DNA of 64,000 nucleotides. Origin: an uncultured Aestuariivirga sp. (lineage in GTDB: Bacteria; Pseudomonadota; Alphaproteobacteria; Rhizobiales; Aestuariivirgaceae). Shown in pieces: positions 37,714 through 46,487 of this stretch (positions are counted from its first letter, which is position 1; each line of letters starts with the position of its first letter). The DNA lies in contig CAXTKL010000001.1 in NCBI GenBank assembly GCA_964244825.1, forward strand, positions 1,480-65,479, read 5' to 3'. Both the position numbers and the translations under genes were made by a program. The notes under the pieces are model-generated. The model saw nothing but the letters and a program-made list of their open reading frames with translations, was not told the origin of the DNA and did no database searches.

Positions 37714-38190
37714 ATGTTGAAGTTGTTATTGATCGGGATCACGGGAACCGTCGCTTCTGTGGGTGGGGTCTGGCTGAATCAGTTCATGGCACAGCGTGCC
37801 GACGCGCATGAAAATACCACCCTTACTGATAATAAGCCACTGCAGGTAAAGACAGAAATGACGGGTATTCCGGTTGTTCAGAACGGCCAGGTCTCAGGTT
37901 ACATTGTCTTTCAGATCAGCAGTACGGTTGATACAGCCAAACTGCCCATGCACGACTTGAATGTTGCGCCCTATATTCTCGATTCTGCTATTCGCGCGAC
38001 TTACGAGAGTGCAGACCAGGGCATACGCCGGTTCGATGCAGACTATATCGAAAAGCTGACCGCGCACATCCAATTGGAGGCAAACAAGAAACTGGAGGCC
38101 CAAGCGATTAGTGCCGTGAACTTAGAGCAATTCAATTATGTTCCAAAGAGTGAAATACGCGGCAGTGCATTGTCGGGTGCCCATGAATGA
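37714..38190 (+). CDS. motF: FliL-paralog motility protein (MotF-like)
   Basis: N-terminal TM and KTEMTGIPVVQNGQVSGY; same position after flgN as in Rhizobiaceae. Confidence 0.65.
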   Translation: MLKLLLIGITGTVASVGGVWLNQFMAQRADAHENTTLTDNKPLQVKTEMTGIPVVQNGQVSGYIVFQISSTVDTAKLPMHDLNVAPYILDSAIRATYESADQGIRRFDADYIEKLTAHIQLEANKKLEAQAISAVNLEQFNYVPKSEIRGSALSGAHE

Positions 38191-38798
38191 TGTCAGGCGT
38201 CAACGGTGTGCATTCGCTTTTGGCGTTTCTCCTGCAGCAGGTTCAGCTGCCCAAAACTGGTCAGGTTTCAACCGCTGATCATCGCCAGCTCCAATTGTTG
38301 CTTCAGGAATCACGTCAACTCAATGAAACCCTGCTGAAAATTGAAAAGCAGCTCAATGGACGGCCTGCAGATGGCGTTTCAAAAACAGTGCAGCACGTGA
38401 TTGCCACGCAGCCGGCGGAAGGCCATTGGCCAGCAGCAAGTGGTGTCAGAGATATGATCAATAGCCAGGAACGGCAACAGGCTTTTGGCCAGTGGGATAT
38501 CGATACGGCGAGCGATGTTGAAGCAGAGCCGTTCCGGCACCAGGCGGAATATACGTTGCCCCAAACCGCGCCGGCTTACGGCCAGCAGTTGTTGATCAAC
38601 AGATATGAGCCGACTGAAGAGGATGTGACAATGGCCCAAGTGAGTTCAAGCCTGGCGACGTCCCGTCACAACCTGCATGGCGATTACGGCGTGGACAACG
38701 ATGACACCCAAAGCGACGCCAATGATGTTTTCAGCCGCTTTATTTTGATGTCGGTGGGCATTGCTTTGATCATGTTGATGTTGCTGACAAGCCTGTAA
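38187..38798 (+). CDS. hypothetical protein with C-terminal membrane anchor
   Basis: 203-aa ORF coupled to the previous gene (ATGA); C-terminal FILMSVGIALIMLMLL. Confidence 0.6.
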   Translation: MMSGVNGVHSLLAFLLQQVQLPKTGQVSTADHRQLQLLLQESRQLNETLLKIEKQLNGRPADGVSKTVQHVIATQPAEGHWPAASGVRDMINSQERQQAFGQWDIDTASDVEAEPFRHQAEYTLPQTAPAYGQQLLINRYEPTEEDVTMAQVSSSLATSRHNLHGDYGVDNDDTQSDANDVFSRFILMSVGIALIMLMLLTSL

Positions 38799-38838
38799 CG
38801 GCTGTTTTACAAGTGCGGTGGTTTTGCAGATCCGGACA

Positions 38839-39264
38839 TCATGCAGCCCGGGAACCTTGGTGAACAGTTAATGTGTGATCCAGAATGGCGATCTGCTCCG
38901 CGAGTTCGCGATGCTTGGTCGTCAACAGTTCGAGCTGTGCCGACAACAGCTTTTTAAGGCGGCCGTCACCGGCGTTGTCCCGATGTTGATGCAGCACAAT
39001 GGCTTCGCGCACCAAGGCAATGGGCATACCATATTGCCGCAACTTTTTTATGAGCAAAAGAATTTCAATATCTGTGCTGGTGAACACACGCAGTTGACCA
39101 AGACGCCTGGGTTTCAAAAGCCCTGCTTTCTCGTAAAAGCGGATGGTTTTTGGTTCCAGTTCAACCATTTCAGCGACATCGCTGATGAGCAACAAGCGCT
39201 CGGCTAAACCCTCGCCAGAATCTGTCACGTCGCCGGCATCAAGCAGGCTGCACAAAACACTCAT
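38839..39264 (-). CDS. MerR-family transcriptional regulator
   Basis: ISDVAEMVELEPKTIRFYEKAGLLKPRR...RVF HTH plus coiled coil; start uncertain (ORF is open to 39390). Confidence 0.88.
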   Translation of the reverse strand: MSVLCSLLDAGDVTDSGEGLAERLLLISDVAEMVELEPKTIRFYEKAGLLKPRRLGQLRVFTSTDIEILLLIKKLRQYGMPIALVREAIVLHQHRDNAGDGRLKKLLSAQLELLTTKHRELAEQIAILDHTLTVHQGSRAA

Positions 39265-39412
39265 TTTGCCATCTCCGCGTGGATATTGGCATCTGCCGCA
39301 GCGCCAATTCAACACATCATCTGAGTGTGAACCGATTCGCGCAGAACTGCAACTTAAAAGGGATTTATTTTTGGCGATTTCATGGTGCACTGATTGCGAT
39401 ACCGCACGATTT

Positions 39413-39557
39413 GTAACGATTGATTAACGATCAGCAATGGCGTCTGACTCGATAAAGTAAGTTTAAGCACCTGACCAAGATTTGGGCGTCTGCCTCAGCT
39501 CCATTCGTAAGCACATGATATAGCTTATTAAAGTTAGTCAAATAACGAACAATTAAC
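39413..39557. promoter_or_regulatory. three CtrA-like boxes in the MerR/rem divergent region
   Basis: GTAA-N7-TTAAC 39413-39428, ATAA-N7-TTAA 39452-39466 and ATAA-N7-TTAAC 39542-39557. Confidence 0.55.
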
Positions 39558-39628
39558 CACATTTTCCTATTCTTTGAATATGCCAGCAATAGCAGATTGC
39601 TGGATCAGTTTGCAGTGGAGAATGAAAA

Positions 39629-40318
39629 ATGATCGTCGTAATCGACAAAAGAGTTGAAGTTGGTGAGGCTTATAAATCTACCTTAAGTAGAGAAGGCGTA
39701 GTTACAATTTCATTCGAACCAGATGACTTCATCAGCTGGTTTCAGTCGAGCCAGGAACTGGACTTGTCGGCCGTGGAAGGAATCTTGCTGGGTGATTTTG
39801 AAGCGCGGGAATTGGTGACGCGGGCCATCAAGAAGAAAATGGAAGTGCCGACAATCGCGCTCAATGATTTCAATACGCTGGACGGAACCTTGAAACTCTA
39901 TCAGGCGGGAATGGACGATGTGGTGCGCAAGCCTGTGCACGCCAAGGAATTGATCGCCAGGCTTGATGCCATTCGCCGGCGCAGCAGTGATTGCCACACG
40001 GCACTGTGGTCAATGGATGGGCTGGTGGTCCATGGCGATGGGCGCGCACCGGAAGTGAATGCACGCAGCATTCACATGCCTCGACGTGAACGGCGCATTT
40101 TGCAATATCTTGCAGCAAACAAGGGCCGCCGTGTCACGCGATCACAGATTTATTCTGCAATATACGGATTGCTGGATGAAAACGTGGAAGAATGTGTGGT
40201 GGAGAGTCACATCAGCAAGCTGCGCAAGAAATTGCGGCTCGAACTGGGTTATGACCCCATCGATACGCAGCGTTTTCTGGGCTATCAACTTGTGGGGCGC
40301 GAGGCGGTTGCGGCCTGA
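39629..40318 (+). CDS. rem: OmpR-family flagellar master regulator (Rem/FtcR/LafR)
   Basis: MIVVID, atypical receiver (ILLG where ILLD is expected), GMDDVVRKPVH, VVESHISKLRKKLR and DPID..RFLGY. Confidence 0.88.
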   Translation: MIVVIDKRVEVGEAYKSTLSREGVVTISFEPDDFISWFQSSQELDLSAVEGILLGDFEARELVTRAIKKKMEVPTIALNDFNTLDGTLKLYQAGMDDVVRKPVHAKELIARLDAIRRRSSDCHTALWSMDGLVVHGDGRAPEVNARSIHMPRRERRILQYLAANKGRRVTRSQIYSAIYGLLDENVEECVVESHISKLRKKLRLELGYDPIDTQRFLGYQLVGREAVAA

Positions 40319-41664
40319 GACGGGCGCTGCGGCCGGGTCAACTGCCTGAGCGTGGTAAAGCAATCCATGTCAGGCCCGGCGTCAGAGGTCTGCGTCAGAA
40401 AACTGTAGAGCTTCGGAACAACTTCAATTGCATGGTCGAGTTCCTTGTCGCTGCCGGCCTGATAGCTGCCTAGCAAACGCAAGTCCTTCGAGCTTTCAAA
40501 CCTGTTGATGAGGTGGCGGGCTTCCCCCGCCACCTTTCCGTCGAGCGGCTGCCAGGCTTTGCCCGCAAGTCTTGAAATTGACCCAAGCACATCAATTGCT
40601 GGAAATCTGCCGCTGTTTGATATCTCACGGTCGAGAACGATGTGGCCATCCAGAATACCACGCACGGCATCGGCCACGGGCTCATTGTGGTTGTCGCCAT
40701 CCACCAAAACGGAATATACGCCAGTGATTGATCCACAGTCATGTGCACCGGGACCTGAACGCTCCAGCAATTGTGGCAATTCTGAAAACACGCTGGGCGG
40801 ATAGCCGCGGGACACTGGTGGCTCGCCTGCAGCAAGTGCAATTTCACGTGCTGCCATGGCGTAACGTGTTACCGAGTCCATGATCAACAAGACCCGTTTG
40901 CCCTGATCGCGAAAATATTCTGCCAGGCGGGTTGCAAGCTGCGGTGCCATCTTGCGCATGCCCGGTGCCTCGTCGCCCGTGGCAACCACCAGAATTGATT
41001 TTTGCATCGCATCCCCCAGAACCTCGTGGATGAATTCATTGACCTCGCGTCCACGCTCGCCGACTAGGGCAATGACCGCCACGTCAAATCCGGGTGCGCG
41101 GGCAATCATGGCCAGCAGCGTGGATTTGCCCACGCCGGAGCCTGCGAAAATGCCAATGCGCTGGCCAAAGCAAAGCGGTGTAAAAATGTCAATGCAACGT
41201 ACACCCGTGGCGATTGCCTCCCGCACGCTGCCACGGCTGGTGGCAGGAATTGGTTCGCTTTGGAGACTGACATTCAATTTCCCTTGGGGCAGCGGACCCA
41301 GGCCGTCAACAGGTTCGGCCAAGGCGGAGACACATCTGCCCAACCACGCTGAACTTGGCCGGATTTTGGGTACGCCAATATACTCAACCTGCATGCCAAG
41401 ATGTGGGGCAACGGCAGTTCCCAACAGCTTGACAATAATCTCCCCTGGATGAATGGAAATCGTCTCTGCAAGACAGACCTTTTCCGTGTCAGCGAACTTC
41501 ACAATATCACCCATCTTGGCAAGCCGCGAGAGCCCGGCAACCCGAATGCCAGAGGCGTCGATTGCAATTACCTTGCCCCATATCCGGATCATCGCATTGT
41601 CGTTCCGAAACGTGGTGCAAAGCTCCGAAAATTTCTTCAGGCGGGCTATCCCAGTCACTGTCAT
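40285..41664 (-). CDS. fliI: flagellum-specific export ATPase
   Basis: GQRIGIFAGSGVGKS, GERGRE, DSVTR and ILDGHIVL. Confidence 0.96.
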   Translation of the reverse strand: MTVTGIARLKKFSELCTTFRNDNAMIRIWGKVIAIDASGIRVAGLSRLAKMGDIVKFADTEKVCLAETISIHPGEIIVKLLGTAVAPHLGMQVEYIGVPKIRPSSAWLGRCVSALAEPVDGLGPLPQGKLNVSLQSEPIPATSRGSVREAIATGVRCIDIFTPLCFGQRIGIFAGSGVGKSTLLAMIARAPGFDVAVIALVGERGREVNEFIHEVLGDAMQKSILVVATGDEAPGMRKMAPQLATRLAEYFRDQGKRVLLIMDSVTRYAMAAREIALAAGEPPVSRGYPPSVFSELPQLLERSGPGAHDCGSITGVYSVLVDGDNHNEPVADAVRGILDGHIVLDREISNSGRFPAIDVLGSISRLAGKAWQPLDGKVAGEARHLINRFESSKDLRLLGSYQAGSDKELDHAIEVVPKLYSFLTQTSDAGPDMDCFTTLRQLTRPQRPSQAATASRPTS

Positions 41665-41690
41665 GAATGCAATCCAGCGTTAAAGCGCGA

Positions 41691-42413
41691 TCAACGTGAT
41701 CCCAATATTTCGATGGCGTTGCGCTCCGCCTCAAATGCCTTGTCAGCGAAGGTGCTGACTGATTCAAATGCGCGCGACACATCGATCAGATTCACCATCT
41801 CGGTGACCGGGTTCACGTTTGACCCCTCCACATAGCCTTGCAGCACGCCATTGTTGGTAAAATCAGAAACCGGCTCCGGCTGTGTGGCCGGCACAAAGCC
41901 TGCACTTCCGCGGCGGCTATAGCCATCAGCTGCGCCAACTGCAAACAGGCCGACCTGTCCAACCACTTGGCCACGCTGCAACACGCTGCCATCATGTCCA
42001 ATGCTCACCTCGCCTGCATTTGGATCAACCAGCAAAGGTGAGCTTGAAGCATCAAGCAGGCTGTGGCCTTGCAGGTTCTGCAATTGACCATCCGGCGTAA
42101 TGGTCAGCCGACCATCTCTTGTATAGTATGTGCCTTGCGGCGACTGATAGGCAAAGGCTGAAGGGCCGCTGACGGCAATATCGAGAGGATTGCCCGTCCG
42201 CGTCATTCCTCCCGTTGACATGTCAAGAGCGTTGCTGGCCGTTGACGCAAAGGCCGTACCCTCAGGACCAGCATTCGCCAGCAGCGTCTTGAAATTGATA
42301 CTGCCGGCCTTGAACCCGGGCGTGTTTGCGTTGGCAATATTGCCCGCCAGCGTTGCCATGCGCTGTTGCAGCGTCATTTGCCCAGACAGGGCGACATAGG
42401 TGCTGATCTCCAT
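41691..42413 (-). CDS. flgF: basal-body rod protein FlgF
   Basis: YVALSGQ, NIANANTPGFK, TGNPLDIA and EGSNVNPVTEM. Confidence 0.93.
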   Translation of the reverse strand: MEISTYVALSGQMTLQQRMATLAGNIANANTPGFKAGSINFKTLLANAGPEGTAFASTASNALDMSTGGMTRTGNPLDIAVSGPSAFAYQSPQGTYYTRDGRLTITPDGQLQNLQGHSLLDASSSPLLVDPNAGEVSIGHDGSVLQRGQVVGQVGLFAVGAADGYSRRGSAGFVPATQPEPVSDFTNNGVLQGYVEGSNVNPVTEMVNLIDVSRAFESVSTFADKAFEAERNAIEILGSR

Positions 42414-43192
42414 CAGGCACCAAACTTTCGCAAGGTTTGCAGGGAGAGGATCATGCGCATGTCGATACCGGTATTCGATCCGGAAATAAGCGCGGCGGCC
42501 GGTGAGGTCTGGGCCGTGCTGTTCTCGGCCTCATATCGCCCGAGAAATCGTGTGATAAGCTGCTTCACATAGGCCGGATCAGACAGTTTGGTAAAATCGA
42601 TTTTTGCTGAAAGAATTTGGGCTTGCTTGTCGATATCTGTGCCCGAAATCGCTGACGGAAGACCGAGCGAGGTTCGGGCAACCTGATACAGAGCCTTGTC
42701 CGCCAGGATACTATAGGCACTGGTGACGGTCTTGGCCTTTCTTTCAAAGTATAATGCGAGACGCAAGGATTCACTCGTGTCGCCACTCTGTTGCTCAAGA
42801 TCGTTTCGCAGATACAAGTCCACTGTGCCACCTTGCACGCGATCAAAGGATGTCGTGGCGGCACCATAACGTTTAAAGTTGAACGCCGTGGCAAAGTCCC
42901 GGAAACGATGGTCTGAAAGTTGAAGTGCAAAAGCCTCGGGAGCATCAACGCCGTCATTCAGGACTTTGCGCACAAAAGCCTTTGCATATTGCATATCTTC
43001 GAGACCATAGGCTTTCAGAGCGAAATTATAGAGCCGCGTGTTCGCCATGAATTCATCGACGGTTTTGATCTTTCCGATGTTGGCCCTGTAGTATTCAGCG
43101 TCGCGCTTGACCTGCGGTTGTTCGGCAATGCGCTGGATCGACGCGGTCAAATTTCCGGCGAGGCGGTTGTAGCTCGTGATCAGACTCACCAT
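42413..43192 (-). CDS. DUF1217-family flagellar protein
   Basis: YYRANIG, ALKAYGLEDM and LRLALYF; upstream of flgF and divergent from motA. Confidence 0.85.
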   Translation of the reverse strand: MVSLITSYNRLAGNLTASIQRIAEQPQVKRDAEYYRANIGKIKTVDEFMANTRLYNFALKAYGLEDMQYAKAFVRKVLNDGVDAPEAFALQLSDHRFRDFATAFNFKRYGAATTSFDRVQGGTVDLYLRNDLEQQSGDTSESLRLALYFERKAKTVTSAYSILADKALYQVARTSLGLPSAISGTDIDKQAQILSAKIDFTKLSDPAYVKQLITRFLGRYEAENSTAQTSPAAALISGSNTGIDMRMILSLQTLRKFGA

Positions 43193-43232
43193 GGATGCGG
43201 CCTTTTCGTGTTCATGCCATCGCTGGCCATCT

Positions 43233-43263
43233 CACATAGGTCCAAAAACTTGCATCAGCCTTG
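43233..43263 (-). promoter_or_regulatory. putative Rem/FtcR-type promoter of DUF1217-flgF-fliI
   Basis: Minus strand reads CAAG-gctgatg-CAAG-N10-TATGTG. Confidence 0.65.
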
Positions 43264-43273
43264 AGACATTCGA

Positions 43274-43304
43274 AAAGCTACACGCAAGTTCAGCCCGATA
43301 GATG
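43274..43304 (+). promoter_or_regulatory. putative Rem/FtcR-type promoter of the motA operon
   Basis: AAAG-ctacacg-CAAG-N10-TAGATG. Confidence 0.6.
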
Positions 43305-43324
43305 ATGTTTCCTGGGAGCTTGAA

Positions 43325-44194
43325 ATGACCTTCATCATAGGCCTTGTCGTCGTCATCGTGTGCTTGTTTGGAAGCTTCGTCATGATGGGCGGCCATCTCG
43401 CCGTGCTGTGGCAGCCCTTTGAATATGTCATCATTCTGGGATCGGCAATCGGCACATTCTTTGTCGCAAATCCGATGAAGATTGTGAAGGACACCGGCAA
43501 GGGCATGCTTGAGGCGATCAAGGAAACCATGCCAAAGCGAGGGGATTACCTCGATGTACTGGCCGTGCTCTTTGTTCTTTTGCGTGAAATGCGGAGCAAG
43601 ACCAAATCTGAAATGGAAAGTCATTTCGACCTGCCTCTGGAATCCGAGATTTTCAAATCCTATCCCACGGTCGTGAAAAACTCTGACTTGCTGACCTTCA
43701 TTTGTGACTATTGCCGCCTGATGCTCATCGGCAATGCCCGACCCCATGAAATCGAAAGTCTCATGGAGGAAGAAATCCAGACCATGATGCGTGACAAGCT
43801 CAAGGTCTATCACGCCGTGACAGCGGTTTCGGATGCGTTGCCAGCGCTTGGCATTGTCGCCGCCGTGCTTGGCGTGATCAAGGCCATGGGTGCGCTGGAC
43901 CAACCGCCTGAGGTTCTGGGACATCTCATTGGCGCGGCACTTGTCGGCACGTTCGCAGGAATCCTGTTCTCCTATGGCTTCTTTGGACCGCTGGCCACCA
44001 AGATCAAGATGGTGCGTGAAAAGCAGGTCAGAACCTATGGCATCGTGAAGCAGACTTTGATTGCCCATCTGAATGGCAGTCTGCCACAAGTCGCCGTTGA
44101 GCATGGACGCAAGGCTGTTTCTTCCTACGAACGCCCCAGCGTCACGGAACTCGAACAGGCAACGCTTGATGCAACGGCAAAGAAAGCGGCCTGA
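43325..44194 (+). CDS. motA: flagellar stator protein MotA
   Basis: LWQPFE, DALPALGIVAAVLG, ALVGTF and AVEHGRK. Confidence 0.96.
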   Translation: MTFIIGLVVVIVCLFGSFVMMGGHLAVLWQPFEYVIILGSAIGTFFVANPMKIVKDTGKGMLEAIKETMPKRGDYLDVLAVLFVLLREMRSKTKSEMESHFDLPLESEIFKSYPTVVKNSDLLTFICDYCRLMLIGNARPHEIESLMEEEIQTMMRDKLKVYHAVTAVSDALPALGIVAAVLGVIKAMGALDQPPEVLGHLIGAALVGTFAGILFSYGFFGPLATKIKMVREKQVRTYGIVKQTLIAHLNGSLPQVAVEHGRKAVSSYERPSVTELEQATLDATAKKAA

Positions 44195-44198
44195 TCTG

Positions 44199-45125
44199 AT
44201 GATTTCTGGCGCACAAGAGCTTCGTCACCCTTTCAATGCGGAATTGATCCGCACACGGGGAAGCAATCTCTCCCATCAACTGGAGCTACTGGCACCGTTT
44301 TCAGAATTGCTGGCGGAAATGATTGGCACCGCCTTGTCAAAACTTGGCGGGCTTCCGGTCAAAGTGACGGTCGCATCGGCAAAAACGGAAAAGTTGACGG
44401 CCCTGTCCCAATCGGAACCGGGCTTTGACGTCGTTTCTTCAACTGCAACCCTTTGCTGCTGGGCAAAATTTGACAGGCAGTTCGACAATTTGATGTGTGA
44501 GCTGTGTCTGGGTGCATCGGGCGAAACGGAGCGGCATGCGGACCTTGAACGTCCAGCAACAGCGCTGGAAAAAGCGATGCGCAGCCTCGTTTTCGAGCGT
44601 TTGGTGCTGGCGGCATCACAAGCACTGCGAGACTTGGGTGACCATGCCGATTTGACTGTGCAGGCACGGCCGCGGGCGACCTTTCGCAAGTCGCAAGAGC
44701 CTTTGCAATGTTATAGTCTACGTCTGCTTCTCAATCTCTATGACGAGGCCTGTGAGTTTGAAATGTTCATTGGCTTTGCAGAATGCGTCAAATTGCTGGG
44801 CGGTGAGTTTGACAGTCTGCCGCCCGCCCATCAATCAGCTGATCAGGTATTGGAAAAGGCTTCTTTCTCTGTGCAAGTATACTTGCAACCCGACACGGTG
44901 GATGTGCGGCAAATTTTGAACCTGGTGCCAGGAGAAATTCTCAAGTTGAATCTTGCTGCTTCAGCGCCAGTTGAACTCCACTTGAATGGTCAGAAACTCT
45001 CGATGGGGCGACTTTCTTTCGACCGCGAGCGCGTCCGCATCAAGGTGATAGAAACCGAAGTCCCTGCTGCCGCATACAGTGCAGTGAAAATCGCTGTCCA
45101 TGCTGGAGCGCAGCATGGAAATTGA
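44199..45125 (+). CDS. fliM: flagellar motor switch protein FliM (divergent)
   Basis: ELCLGA...ERPATALE and C-terminal SpoA domain; lies between motA and fliN; start moved to ATG 44199. Confidence 0.78.
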   Translation: MISGAQELRHPFNAELIRTRGSNLSHQLELLAPFSELLAEMIGTALSKLGGLPVKVTVASAKTEKLTALSQSEPGFDVVSSTATLCCWAKFDRQFDNLMCELCLGASGETERHADLERPATALEKAMRSLVFERLVLAASQALRDLGDHADLTVQARPRATFRKSQEPLQCYSLRLLLNLYDEACEFEMFIGFAECVKLLGGEFDSLPPAHQSADQVLEKASFSVQVYLQPDTVDVRQILNLVPGEILKLNLAASAPVELHLNGQKLSMGRLSFDRERVRIKVIETEVPAAAYSAVKIAVHAGAQHGN

Positions 45126-45414
45126 GGAAGCAAAGCCGGGTGCCGTCCGTCAGGACACAGGCAGCACAAACAATGTGTTCTCTGCCATACCGGTGACAGT
45201 CCAGGTGATGCTGGGAACAGCCACGTTGCCGCTTGCTGATCTCATGCGGCTTCAGCCGGGATCCGATCTGGTGCTCGATCAGTCCATCGGAGAACCTGTG
45301 ACCGTGATTGTGAATGGGACCAGGATTGCAAAAGGCGAATTGTTTGTTTTTGAATCCAATGGCGACAGATTGGGTGTGCGTATCACCGAAATCCTGTCCG
45401 GACATATGGCGTGA
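45100..45414 (+). CDS. fliN: flagellar motor switch protein FliN
   Basis: IPVTVQVMLG, IGEPVTVIVNG and LGVRITEI. Confidence 0.93.
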   Translation: MLERSMEIEEAKPGAVRQDTGSTNNVFSAIPVTVQVMLGTATLPLADLMRLQPGSDLVLDQSIGEPVTVIVNGTRIAKGELFVFESNGDRLGVRITEILSGHMA

Positions 45415-46487
45415 GCGAGCGTTCGGACACCTTGCGTTTTGTTCCTCAACTGGAGCGCTTTGGCTCCAGCAGCGGTGCAACGTTGCGCAGCAGCCGGGAA
45501 AAAGTTGCCATTCTGCTCGCGGCCCTGAACCGGGACACTGCCGTCAACCTGCTGAAAAAATTTGATCCGGGAAGTATCAAGCAGCTTCTCGAAAGTTCAG
45601 GTCAACTGGGCGATCTGAACACAGGTGATTTCGAGCCCGTTGTAAAGGAATTCACTGCCGAATTTGCCGAAGCTCTCGGGATTTCTGCTGGCGCCGAACA
45701 GTTGATCCCCCTGCTGGAAGCAGCGTTCACACCGGAAACTGTGTCCAAGCTGCTCGGGCTTTCAGTTGCGGAAGTGAAAGACTCCGTATGGTCAAAGTTT
45801 ACCACAAAAATGGATGCCATTCTCGTGCCATTTTTGCTGGATGAGCACGAACAAACCGCAGCAATCATATTGTCCAAGCTTCCGGTTGACCTGGCTGTCA
45901 AATGTTTTGCATTGCTGCCGCAGGAACTGACACCCAGGTTGTTGGCGCGTTCCTTGTCACAGCGTCCCATTGCACCTGAAATGCTGACGCTACTCGAACA
46001 TACTCTCGAACAACAGTTTTTTTCAAAGACTGAGGAAACCAGCAAGGACGTATGGATTGAACGGGCTGCGAGCATGGTCAATCGCATGGAGCGCGAGCAG
46101 GCCATGAGTGTTCTGGCGAGCCTGGAAAAAACCTCGCCCGAACAAGCCAGACAGCTGCGCAAGCACATCTTCATGTTTGAGGACCTGGACCGTATGGATG
46201 CCAAGTCCAGAAGCAGATTGTTTGATCGCGTTGCGGCTGAATGGGTGACGCCGTCGTTGTGGGGCATGGACGCGGCGTTCAAGGAAGGGATCCTGTCGTG
46301 CCTCAGCGCCCGTGCCCGCCGCATGGTGGAATCGGAACTCGGGGCAGGGGACCAAGAACCACGCAATGACACCTTGCCAGCGCGAAAGAAGATTGCGGAA
46401 ATGGCGCTGTCCATGTCGCGCAAGGGAGAGATTTCGCTCCCCGATGATTCAGGCACAGCACCTGCGCCCGGTGCCGTTGCCGCGTGA
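45411..46487 (+). CDS. fliG: flagellar motor switch protein FliG
   Basis: KVAILL, EHEQTAAIILS, FMFEDL and LSARARRMVESEL. Confidence 0.92.
   Translation: MSERSDTLRFVPQLERFGSSSGATLRSSREKVAILLAALNRDTAVNLLKKFDPGSIKQLLESSGQLGDLNTGDFEPVVKEFTAEFAEALGISAGAEQLIPLLEAAFTPETVSKLLGLSVAEVKDSVWSKFTTKMDAILVPFLLDEHEQTAAIILSKLPVDLAVKCFALLPQELTPRLLARSLSQRPIAPEMLTLLEHTLEQQFFSKTEETSKDVWIERAASMVNRMEREQAMSVLASLEKTSPEQARQLRKHIFMFEDLDRMDAKSRSRLFDRVAAEWVTPSLWGMDAAFKEGILSCLSARARRMVESELGAGDQEPRNDTLPARKKIAEMALSMSRKGEISLPDDSGTAPAPGAVAA

Noticed and set aside
39495-39526. Possible Rem autoregulatory site (TCAG...CGTAAG...TAGCTT)
   Set aside because: Both spacings (N9 and N9) deviate from the N7/N10 geometry.
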